This document shows, piece by piece, positions 46,793-55,430 of a stretch of 55,430 bases of DNA. Source of the DNA: Oscillospiraceae bacterium. GTDB lineage: Bacteria > Bacillota > Clostridia > Oscillospirales > Ruminococcaceae. Where the stretch lies: NCBI GenBank assembly GCA_014858325.1, contig RKCM01000119.1, positions 1 through 55,430 on the forward strand. Direction: 5' to 3'. The notes beneath the pieces were generated by a model. It was not told where the DNA came from. It made no database searches and saw only the letters and a program-made list of their open reading frames with translations. The position numbers and the translations under genes were made by a program. Every line of letters starts with the position of its first letter. Position 1 is the stretch's first letter.

Positions 46793-47993
46793 TGATCTCC
46801 TCCACGCTTGTTACCGTACACTGAGCGGTATGGCCTGTACCCCGCAGGGTGATGTGATCTCCCTCTCGGAGTGCGTCGGCGGTGCTGACGCGGCCCTTTT
46901 CGTCATACAGCAGCGCATATCCCCGGGCCAGGACCTGATAGGGGTTCAGGGAAGCTGCCAGCGCGGCGGCATGGCGCAGGCGCTGCTGCCGGGTGCGCTG
47001 TGCGGCTGTGGCAGCCGCCTGCAGCTGCTGGCGGTATGCGTTCAGTCTTGCTTCCCCGTTCGCTGCTGTGCGGCGGGTCACATCGCCCGAAAACGCCTGC
47101 TCCATTTGCATAAGCTCATTATAGCATACATTCAAGCGACTTTGGATATTATTTTGAATATTTTCTTCTAAATTGCATAATTTCCGTGCCAGCTCTGCGC
47201 GGTCCGGCACAGCCAGCTCCGCCGCTGCCGAGGGGGTCGGAGCCCGTTGGTCGGCCACAAGATCCAGGATGGTAAAGTCGATCTCGTGGCCGATGGCGCT
47301 GATGAGGGGCGTTTTGCAGCGATACGCCGCCCGGGCAATGATCTCCGCATTGAAGACCCAGAGGTCTTCCCGGCTGCCGCCGCCGCGGGCCACGATGATC
47401 TCATCGACCTTTCCGCTTTTGTCCAGCCGGTCAATGGCCGATGCCACGTCCTGCGCCGCCTCAAAGCCCTGCACGCTCACCGGGCAGAGCAGCAGCCTTA
47501 CGGCAGGCCAGCGCCGGGAAATAACGTTGCGGACATCCTGCAGCGCCGCGCCCGTTTTGCTGGTGACGAGGCCGATGCACCGGGGGTATTGGGGCAGCGG
47601 CTTTTTGTGCTCGGGTGCAAAGAGCCCTTCGGCGTCCAGCTTGGCTTTCAGCTGCTCAAAGGCCAGCTGTGCCGCGCCGATGCCGTCCGGGAACATATTG
47701 TTGACGTAGATCTGAAACGCGCCGTCCCGTTCGTAAAGGGTGGCCCGGCAGCGGACAACGACCTTCATCCCCTCTTCGGGGCGAAAGCCCAGCCGCCGTG
47801 CGTCCGAACGGAACATGACCGCCTTGACGCTGCACGCGGCGTCCCGCAGAGAAAAATAGCAGTGGCCGCTGCGGGCATTCTGCACGAAGTTGGCGATCTC
47901 GCCTCGGAGAGCGATATCGAACAGCAGATCGTTGGCGTCCAGCAGAGTTTTGACGTACTGGTTCAGCGCCGATACGGAGATCACTTCAGCCAT
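46770..47993 (-). CDS. xseA: Exodeoxyribonuclease VII large subunit
   Basis: SGHCYFSL, RGGGSREDL, AIGHEIDFT, APTPSAAAE. Confidence 0.95.
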   Translation of the reverse strand: MAEVISVSALNQYVKTLLDANDLLFDIALRGEIANFVQNARSGHCYFSLRDAACSVKAVMFRSDARRLGFRPEEGMKVVVRCRATLYERDGAFQIYVNNMFPDGIGAAQLAFEQLKAKLDAEGLFAPEHKKPLPQYPRCIGLVTSKTGAALQDVRNVISRRWPAVRLLLCPVSVQGFEAAQDVASAIDRLDKSGKVDEIIVARGGGSREDLWVFNAEIIARAAYRCKTPLISAIGHEIDFTILDLVADQRAPTPSAAAELAVPDRAELARKLCNLEENIQNNIQSRLNVCYNELMQMEQAFSGDVTRRTAANGEARLNAYRQQLQAAATAAQRTRQQRLRHAAALAASLNPYQVLARGYALLYDEKGRVSTADALREGDHITLRGTGHTAQCTVTSVEEINESTQKL

Positions 47994-48922
47994 AAGCCCG
48001 CCTCCCGTGCAGCCAGAATGGAAACGCCGATGGCGTTGTCACTGGAATACTGCCCGGGCACAAAGTAGACCTTGGGCAGACGCTGCTGCACCCAGGCGCG
48101 GATGATGTCGCTGCTCATCACACCGCCCGCGCAGACCACCGGCAGGCCGGGATATTCGTTCTGAGCGGCCTTCGTCATCTTGACAACGGTGTCTGCCACG
48201 CAGAGCAGGCAGTATTTGCAGACGTATTCCGGGCTTTTGCCTGCTGCCAGCAGGGCATTGCACTGGTTTTCCAGCCCGGAGAGGCTGCACTGCATCCCCC
48301 GGACGCTGGATTTTGGCCGGATGGGCTCGTCGCACCGGGCGGCAAGGCGGGAAACTTCCACTCCCGCCGGGAACCCGAAGCCCAGCTTGACGCCCACCCG
48401 GTCTACAGCCTGTCCGGCGTAAAGATCGGAGCTGGTGCCCAGCGTCTTAATGTGCTTCACCTCATCGCAGAGCAGCAGGTCCGTGGTGCCGCCTGAGATG
48501 TGGAAAAGCAGCACTTTTTGGCGGAAGAGCTTCTCCCCTTCGGCGGCAAACAGGGCGGCGGCGGCGTGCCCCTGTTGATGGGTGGTCAGGATCAGTGGGA
48601 TCCCCTTTGCCAGCGCAAAAGCCTTGGCCGCGCTGACGCCTGCCAGAAAGCAGGGCATGTAGCTCCCCTCCACAGGGCGGGGCTTCTGGGATACGCCTAC
48701 GGCAGAGATTTTCGTCAGATCGAACTCTTCCGCCAGCTCGTCCAGCATCTCGGGCAGGGCGGTGGTATGGTGGAAGAGTGCATCGCTCTGGCGCAGACCC
48801 AGCTGTCCTTCTTTGACGGGGAGGAATCGCTTCTTTGCGCAAACAACCTCTCCGGCTGTATCAAAAACGGCCAGAGAGGTTGCATAGTTGCTTGTGTCGA
48901 TGCCCAGCGTGTATGTGCTCAC
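47981..48922 (-). CDS. TsaD/Kae1-like ASKHA protein (glycoprotease-family paralogue)
   Basis: LGIDTSNY, HQQGH, ISGGTT, GQAVDR, GGV, SDNA. Confidence 0.8.
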   Translation of the reverse strand: MSTYTLGIDTSNYATSLAVFDTAGEVVCAKKRFLPVKEGQLGLRQSDALFHHTTALPEMLDELAEEFDLTKISAVGVSQKPRPVEGSYMPCFLAGVSAAKAFALAKGIPLILTTHQQGHAAAALFAAEGEKLFRQKVLLFHISGGTTDLLLCDEVKHIKTLGTSSDLYAGQAVDRVGVKLGFGFPAGVEVSRLAARCDEPIRPKSSVRGMQCSLSGLENQCNALLAAGKSPEYVCKYCLLCVADTVVKMTKAAQNEYPGLPVVCAGGVMSSDIIRAWVQQRLPKVYFVPGQYSSDNAIGVSILAAREAGLWLK

Positions 48923-49362
48923 TGCTCGTCGGGCTCCACTGCATCGGCGTCCAGGCCCTTCTCGCGGGCGACAGCGCCCAGCAGGCCGTTGACGAACTGA
49001 TAATCCTCGTCGGCACCGTACTTCTTGGTCAGCTCCACTGCCTCGTTGATGACGACGCCGGGCTTTTTCTCGTCGCCGTACAGCATCTCAGCCAGAGCCA
49101 GACGCAACACCGTCAGGCTGACGCGGGGCAGACGCTCCATGGTCCAGTTGCGCAGATGGTCACGGATGAGGTCATCCACCTCGGCAGAGTGGCCGTAATA
49201 AGCGCGCAGCAAACGCTGGCCGAACACATCCACGGGGTGCTCTTCGTCACTCTCGCGGTGATTGTCCAGCGCTTCCTCCAGCGGCAGGTCACCAAAGGTC
49301 TGGGAAAAAGCCAGCAAAAAGGCGTTCTCGCGTGCTTCACGGCGGGGCAAAATGTTTTCCAT
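48919..49362 (-). CDS. nusB: Transcription antitermination factor NusB
   Basis: RREARE, W..ERL, INEAVEL.K.Y, FVNGLLG. Confidence 0.95.
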   Translation of the reverse strand: MENILPRREARENAFLLAFSQTFGDLPLEEALDNHRESDEEHPVDVFGQRLLRAYYGHSAEVDDLIRDHLRNWTMERLPRVSLTVLRLALAEMLYGDEKKPGVVINEAVELTKKYGADEDYQFVNGLLGAVAREKGLDADAVEPDEQ

Positions 49363-49440
49363 AGTATTCCTCTCACAGCGCAGCGCCGGGCACAATACGC
49401 CCTTGGCCGCTGTCGCTTTTTGTTTTGCTTCGATTGAAAT

Positions 49441-49812
49441 TCAGGCGTTCGGTTCGGCAGGCAAAGCAAGCCCGGCGATCACAAGGTCCACCCGGCTGAC
49501 GGTGATGTTGGCCATGCTCTGCACCGCACTCTTGACGTTCTCCTGCACTTTTTCTGCCACGGCAGGGATGCGTGCGCCAAAGGCGACCACAAGGTGCAGG
49601 GTGATTTCAGCGGTGCCGTCCTTCATCTCGACCACAACGGGCAGCTGGACGTTGGCACGCTCCAGCAGATCCTTCACTTTTTTGTTCTGGCTGCCGCAGG
49701 AAACCTCGGCCACGCCGTCCACTTCCAGCGCTGCGCAGCGTGCGATCTTGCCCAGCACCTCCGTCGAAATCTGTAAGCTCCCGCCTCTAAGATCCATATT
49801 CTGTAATTCCAT
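49441..49812 (-). CDS. Asp23/Gls24 family protein
   Basis: IS.EV...IA..AA.EVDGV, VQENVK.AV..M; upstream TTGTGA-17-TATAAT at 49933-49905. Confidence 0.9.
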   Translation of the reverse strand: MELQNMDLRGGSLQISTEVLGKIARCAALEVDGVAEVSCGSQNKKVKDLLERANVQLPVVVEMKDGTAEITLHLVVAFGARIPAVAEKVQENVKSAVQSMANITVSRVDLVIAGLALPAEPNA

Positions 49813-49949
49813 TCTATGGTCCTCCATCCAAAATGAGCGAAGGCTCATTCCATTTTGTTTTGCTTCGGGCAAAGCTTCCCCCTTGCCCATGAAGATTTGA
49901 TTCTATTATACCATCCTTTTTGCATTTTCACAACACTTGACAGCACTTT

Positions 49950-50573
49950 TTACTTCACTTCCACCACGGTGATATTCTGGGCCGTCACACTGCTTTTACT
50001 CAGCACGATGTCCCGGATCTGTGCCACCTGGGCTGCGGTGAGCGCATCGCCCGCCGTCATCACGGTAAGGTCGGCCCGGCCGGACTGCAAAAAGCACAAA
50101 CAGTCCGCAAAGCCTTTGGCTTTGACGAGGGTCTCGATCTCGTTTTCGGCATGGAGGTCCTCCAGATTGCCCGTCAGCTCCTGGGCGTAGGTCTTCTTTT
50201 CCTCCGCAGAAAGGCTGGAGGATTTGAGGGTCTTCTGGATGGTATCCAGTGCGGCATCGTGGGCCTTTTGCCGCTTGAGGCGGGCTTCCTCAAAGAATTT
50301 TGCGCCGCTGTCATTGGCAACGCTCACCAGCTGGGCTTCGCCATAGTTTTTGCCGGCGCTGGAAACCGCTTCCGCCTCGGTCATCAGTCCGTCGGTGACG
50401 ACTTCTGCCGCGGGTTCGGCCTGCGTTTCTGCCGCCGCCGAGACCGTTACGGCATCCTCCTGGAGGGAAACGTCTGTACGGGCATACTGCCAGTTGAGGT
50501 AAACGGCAACCACCAGCGCCGCCGCCAGTGTGATGGCCGTGGCCCGGCGGGTATGTTTGGCAATGCTTCTCAT
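49950..50573 (-). CDS. spoIIIAH: Stage III sporulation protein AH-like
   Basis: N-terminal TM, FF..ARL.R, E..IETLVKAKGF. Confidence 0.85.
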   Translation of the reverse strand: MRSIAKHTRRATAITLAAALVVAVYLNWQYARTDVSLQEDAVTVSAAAETQAEPAAEVVTDGLMTEAEAVSSAGKNYGEAQLVSVANDSGAKFFEEARLKRQKAHDAALDTIQKTLKSSSLSAEEKKTYAQELTGNLEDLHAENEIETLVKAKGFADCLCFLQSGRADLTVMTAGDALTAAQVAQIRDIVLSKSSVTAQNITVVEVK

Positions 50574-50618
50574 CCTTGGGTTCCTCCTTTTCGCAGTTCA
50601 GGGGGCGGGCAGGAGCGC

Positions 50619-51128
50619 TCAGCGGCCCCGCTGTTCTACGCAGATACGGTTGGTGGGCACATCCAGCAAGGCAGCCACCAGCTCGGTGATGCGGGCTGCC
50701 ACTCGGATGTCTCCGCCGCCCTCGCAGACGACGGCCACGCCGCAGACCGTGGGCAGATGGGTCGTTTCTTCCAGCGCGGTGCCGTCCTCCAATAAAACGT
50801 GGGTCTGCTGGGATTGGGTCTGTCCCGAGAGCGTGTCCAAGGCATAGATGGTCTCCTCCCCGCTTTCCAGTGTGAGCATGACAGTGGTTTTTCCAGCTCC
50901 GTCCACCTGGCCGATCAGCTGCTCCAATTGCTGCTCCAGCTGCTGTTTGTACGGGGCGGCAGTGGACACGGTTTCGGGTGTGCTGACAGCTGGTGCACCG
51001 GGTGCCGGGAGCAGTTCCGAAAGCAGGATCAGCACCATGGCTGCCGCACCCAGTGCCACCGCAAGTTTGGCCCGGTTCGGTTTGGCCAGCAGCTCCCTGC
51101 ACAGGCCGGGCAGAGTGGACGTTTTCAT
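50619..51128 (-). CDS. spoIIIAG: Stage III sporulation protein AG
   Basis: LE.L...V.GAG...VM.TL, P.V.GV.VVCEGG. Confidence 0.85.
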   Translation of the reverse strand: MKTSTLPGLCRELLAKPNRAKLAVALGAAAMVLILLSELLPAPGAPAVSTPETVSTAAPYKQQLEQQLEQLIGQVDGAGKTTVMLTLESGEETIYALDTLSGQTQSQQTHVLLEDGTALEETTHLPTVCGVAVVCEGGGDIRVAARITELVAALLDVPTNRICVEQRGR

Positions 51129-51415
51129 GGCACCGCCTCCCCTGCTTCTTCTGCCAGGCGAGCTGCCTCCGATGCGATAAGGTCATCCAACGTGCCGAAG
51201 AAGGCGGGCTGGGCCTGCGGCATGGAGAACGCCTGCAGCTGTGCCCCGGCCTTGGGAAGAGTGCGGGCGAACACTACTAGAATATATAGCCCTGCCACCG
51301 CTTTTATGCACCGCCGCGCCCAGCCGGACGATGTGGGCGGCACAAAAAGCGTCAGCAGCTCGGCACACAGGCAGGCGATGCAGAAAACCGCTACCGCATG
51401 AGTCAGTGCTTGCAT
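51125..51415 (-). CDS. spoIIIAF: Stage III sporulation protein AF-like (short)
   Basis: Position between AE and AG; two TM segments; only ~96 aa. Confidence 0.55.
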   Translation of the reverse strand: MQALTHAVAVFCIACLCAELLTLFVPPTSSGWARRCIKAVAGLYILVVFARTLPKAGAQLQAFSMPQAQPAFFGTLDDLIASEAARLAEEAGEAVP

Positions 51416-51420
51416 TGAGG

Positions 51421-52506
51421 TCAGCCTCCTCCTACTACGAACAGCAATGCCGTGCCCAAAACCGCCAAACCGAAAAACAGTGCCGTAGCCGCCGCCATAC
51501 AGCGCACTGCCTCGGCAAAGCAATCGAACAAGGTCCGGCAGCGATGGATCTCCGTGAGATCACAAAACAGACTGCACCCATACAAAAGAGCCAGCTGGGC
51601 CAGCATCCCCAGGTAAAGCGGCAAAAATTCCAACGTCAGGAAACCGATGGCAGCGAAGCCCAGTCCGCTTTTCAGCAGCTGGACCGCCGCCAAAATTGCC
51701 CCGGAAGCATCGCTCAGAGTGTCTCCGACAATGGGTACGCTGCCTGCCGCCAGCTGCCCGGCCCGCAGCGCGGCCCGGTCGATTTGAAACGCTGCGGCGC
51801 GCTGCAACCCCAGCAGGAATCCAAAGGCTTTCCCAGCCCAGCTCAGCGCCTGCCGAAGGGCCTTCCCCACCGCTTTGCAAAAAGAGGGCAGACCATCGCC
51901 CGTGCAAAGGCAGCAGGTCATACTGAGGGCCAGATAGCATTGGAGCAGGGGCCGCAGCAGCGCCGCCAGCCATTGGGCCAGAAAGCAGAGGGCTGTGAGG
52001 AGAAAACCGCTGGCTGCGCTCCCGGCCGCCGTCTCGCCGCCCATGCAAAGTACCCCAGCGTAAACAGGCAGAAACCCCAGCAAAAAGCCCCTCCATTCCT
52101 CCAACTGCGCACAAAGCTCATCGGCCAGGGTGAAGAGCCTGCCCCAGAGCAAAACGCCGCACCCAGCCGCGGCGGCCAGCTCCAAGAGTTCCCGTCCTTC
52201 TGTTCCGCTGATAAGAAGAGACAGCACCGCCGCCAGCAGCAGGAATACCAGCGTATCCGCGCAGCTGCGGATGGACAAGCGCAGCGTCTCCCAGAATGAG
52301 GACGGGAACAGCTGCCGCAGAGCAGAAAGCGGGTCCCGGGCAAAGGCAGCGGGGTCGAGAGGGCTTTGGTCCAGATAAGGCTGCCACTGCTCCGCCCCGG
52401 GCAGGAGGGAAAGCGCGTCCGGGCTCTGTGCAAAGGCGGGCAGCGCGCAGAACACAAGGCTTGTCCACACGAGAAGGATCGCCGCAAGTTTCTGTCTGTA
52501 TTTCAT
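51421..52506 (-). CDS. spoIIIAE: Stage III sporulation protein AE
   Basis: Multi-TM; VPIVG..LSDA.......LLK..G motif. Confidence 0.8.
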   Translation of the reverse strand: MKYRQKLAAILLVWTSLVFCALPAFAQSPDALSLLPGAEQWQPYLDQSPLDPAAFARDPLSALRQLFPSSFWETLRLSIRSCADTLVFLLLAAVLSLLISGTEGRELLELAAAAGCGVLLWGRLFTLADELCAQLEEWRGFLLGFLPVYAGVLCMGGETAAGSAASGFLLTALCFLAQWLAALLRPLLQCYLALSMTCCLCTGDGLPSFCKAVGKALRQALSWAGKAFGFLLGLQRAAAFQIDRAALRAGQLAAGSVPIVGDTLSDASGAILAAVQLLKSGLGFAAIGFLTLEFLPLYLGMLAQLALLYGCSLFCDLTEIHRCRTLFDCFAEAVRCMAAATALFFGLAVLGTALLFVVGGG

Positions 52507-52886
52507 CCCAGTAAGCTCCCGATCCGCTGCCCGATCTCCTCCAGCAGCGGCCGTGCTGCCGCCAGCGCCAGGACCCGGCCGGACAACCCCGTGCACCAGG
52601 CCAGCGCTTCGGCCCCGGCCTCCTCGCAGAGGGTGCGGGCGTAATCCGTCAGCAGCACGATGCCCGTGCAGCGCAAAAGGCATCCGTAGGCATCGCCACC
52701 TGCCGATTGTTCCAATCGGGCAAGGCCTGCCAGCACATTTTGCACCGCGCCGCCCGCTTTGGCCAGCAGAACCAGCGATGCCGCCGCCGACACAAAGAGA
52801 GCAAAGGCAGGCTGCTGCTTTTCAAACAGCGCCACCAAGACCGCAGAAATGACTGCCACACAAAGGATCGAAAGCGGCGTACTCAT
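52503..52886 (-). CDS. spoIIIAD: Stage III sporulation protein AD
   Basis: GI.......LC..AG motif; synteny. Confidence 0.75.
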   Translation of the reverse strand: MSTPLSILCVAVISAVLVALFEKQQPAFALFVSAAASLVLLAKAGGAVQNVLAGLARLEQSAGGDAYGCLLRCTGIVLLTDYARTLCEEAGAEALAWCTGLSGRVLALAAARPLLEEIGQRIGSLLG

Positions 52887-53077
52887 AATGAAAACAGCGT
52901 TTTGATGGTAACAAACAATTGGCTGATCTGCTGCACCAGCATCGACAGCACCACCACAAGCCCGGCGAGGGTGGTCATCATGGCCTGATCCTCCCGGCCG
53001 GAACGGATGAGCAGCTGGTTGAGCACCGCCACGATAATGCCAATGGCCGCGATCTTGAAGATCAAATCAATGTCCAT
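52883..53077 (-). CDS. spoIIIAC: Stage III sporulation protein AC
   Basis: MDIDLIFKIAAIGIIVAVLNQLL..SGREDQA. Confidence 0.93.
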   Translation of the reverse strand: MDIDLIFKIAAIGIIVAVLNQLLIRSGREDQAMMTTLAGLVVVLSMLVQQISQLFVTIKTLFSL

Positions 53078-53095
53078 GTTGTTTCCTCCCGGCAG

Positions 53096-53554
53096 TTATA
53101 GCAGCAGCACCCCCAGCGCCAGCCCGGCGGCAAGGCCCAGCCTGCGGGAAAGCGCTCGCCGCTGCTGCAGCTCGGCGCGGCACTGGGCCAAGGCCGTACG
53201 GAATTTGTCGGCATATTGCTCCAGCCGCTGACACTCCTGCTCGGCTTCCGTACGGCCCAGCCCGGCAAAGCAGGCATGAAACCATGCTGCTTCCCGTTTG
53301 CCCAGTGCGGGCGGCGGCAGAGCCGTCTGTATTTTGCTGTTTCGGGTGCGGAGCCGCCCTTCCTGGGTCAGGCGTTCGCAGAGTCGGCCAAGGTCCTGCC
53401 GTCGAAAGGCGATCTCTTTCTGAATGTCTTCCAGTAAGTGCACGGTGTCTTCCAGCGCGTCCACTTCGGCCTGCAATTTCTGCGCAAGTGCGTCCCCGAC
53501 GCACCATCCGCAGAGCGCCAGCATCAGCGCACCCGCCCAGCGCAGAGCGCTCAC
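53096..53554 (-). CDS. spoIIIAB: Stage III sporulation protein AB (GTG start)
   Basis: N- and C-terminal TM segments, LG..LG motif; synteny. Confidence 0.7.
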   Translation of the reverse strand: MSALRWAGALMLALCGWCVGDALAQKLQAEVDALEDTVHLLEDIQKEIAFRRQDLGRLCERLTQEGRLRTRNSKIQTALPPPALGKREAAWFHACFAGLGRTEAEQECQRLEQYADKFRTALAQCRAELQQRRALSRRLGLAAGLALGVLLL

Positions 53555-54447
53555 AGCAGGCGCACCGCGGCCACTTGTCCGGGATGGGAACGTCCTTTGA
53601 GCAGGACAGCGGCCTGCAAGGCGCCATTTTGCTGCATTGCGCGCAGCTGGGGGCGGCAGAATGCTTCTTCCCAACTGGCGGCGTGGAGCGTTGCCACAAA
53701 GTCCACACCGCTGAACATTCCCTGTTCCAGTGCCTGTACCTCGTCCATGCCGCCCAGCTCGTCCAGCAGGATCACCTGCGGCGAAAGGGTGCGCAGGGCC
53801 ATCTGGACAGCCATCCCCTTGGGCAGGCCTGCAATGCAGTCGATGGGGTCGGCGCGGATGGGGCCGCAGGCGTCTGCCGTCTCCGGGTAGAGTTCCCGCC
53901 GCTCATCGATGACGCAGAGCGTTTTGTTTTGCAGGGCAAGGAAATGCGCTGCACTGCGCAAAAGGGTGGTTTTGCCGCTGTCGGGTTCCCCAACGAGAAG
54001 GAGCCCCCCGAATTTCCGGCCCAGCAATTGCTGCAATTCCACGGGCAGAGCGACAAACTTGCGGCGGGCGATGCGAAGATTCACCGAGCGCAATTCCTGC
54101 AAAACCACGCCCTGCGTTGGGTGGAGGAAGAAACGTCCGCCTAGCCCGGCACGACAGCCGTCCGGCAGGGTGACAAAGCCCTGTGCCACCTCTGCCTGAT
54201 GGGTGTGCACCGACCCACCGCAGAGGGTATAAAAGATTTCCTCCATCTGCAGGGGCGTCAGCGGATGCCCGCCCAGTGCTTCCAGCTCCGGCGGCAGGTC
54301 CGGCGTGCCATCCAGTGTCAATCGTACCCCACAGCCCACCCGCAGACGCACTTCATGCACCTGTTCGGCCGTACGGATGGGCAGCTCGGCCAGCGGTCTT
54401 GCCAGCCAACTGGGCAGTGCGTGGATGGCGTGATAATACTCGTCCAT
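53551..54447 (-). CDS. spoIIIAA: Stage III sporulation protein AA (ATPase)
   Basis: EVRLR, G.RAGL.G, GEPDSGKTTLLR, IDERRE, ALRTLSPQVILLDELG. Confidence 0.9.
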   Translation of the reverse strand: MDEYYHAIHALPSWLARPLAELPIRTAEQVHEVRLRVGCGVRLTLDGTPDLPPELEALGGHPLTPLQMEEIFYTLCGGSVHTHQAEVAQGFVTLPDGCRAGLGGRFFLHPTQGVVLQELRSVNLRIARRKFVALPVELQQLLGRKFGGLLLVGEPDSGKTTLLRSAAHFLALQNKTLCVIDERRELYPETADACGPIRADPIDCIAGLPKGMAVQMALRTLSPQVILLDELGGMDEVQALEQGMFSGVDFVATLHAASWEEAFCRPQLRAMQQNGALQAAVLLKGRSHPGQVAAVRLL

Positions 54448-54488
54448 TTTGCTTCCCCTTTCCGCATTTCGGTTGCTCTTTTGTTTTC

Positions 54489-54516
54489 AGGATATGCGGC
54501 AGCAGTGATTTTAGAA
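54489..54516 (-). promoter_or_regulatory. Possible sigmaE-type promoter of the spoIIIA operon
   Basis: Minus strand TTCTAAA...CATATCCT resembles the sigmaE CATAnnnT -10. Confidence 0.35.
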
Positions 54517-54601
54517 CGGTACAAACAAAGCGGCCCACCCGGCAGGAAACTCCCACCGAATGAGCCGCTTGGATTCGACCTATTTTTGATTTTAGAGCCC
54601 G

Positions 54602-55430
<829 letters not shown>

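Overview
High-GC Firmicutes chromosome segment; gene content and style suggest Faecalibacterium or a related Oscillospiraceae (inference). Bases 1 to ~18,590 are the right end of a podovirus-like prophage: a tail/stabilisation gene, two paralogous ejection-type genes, a 3,480-aa polyvalent protein, tail fibre, chaperone and variable adhesin, an M15A endolysin and holins. It abuts the 3' end of an intact tRNA-Thr(CGT). The rest is core genome: phoH-ybeY-era-recO-mutS2-amidase on +, then xer recombinase, radA, yajC-tgt-queA, asd-dapA-dapB, T-box tyrS, the asp23-to-recN superoperon, spoIIIAA-AH and ligA, mostly on -. Main observations: (1) a complete antisense transcription unit inside the polyvalent gene (TTTACA-N17-TATAAT, extended -10, ~73-nt three-way-junction RNA with an anticodon-like loop, U-tract) just after an AT-rich putative BECR/LPD3 nuclease module, a candidate RNA antitoxin or decoy; (2) a palindromic dif/loxP-like site next to a lone Xer recombinase where gene orientation flips, probably the replication terminus; (3) covarying 77-bp structured direct repeats and a recurrent TTCAAAATGG motif marking tail-module boundaries; (4) a topA/ligA chimeric junction at the window end, probably a misassembly. 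All calls were made by eye; no searches were run.
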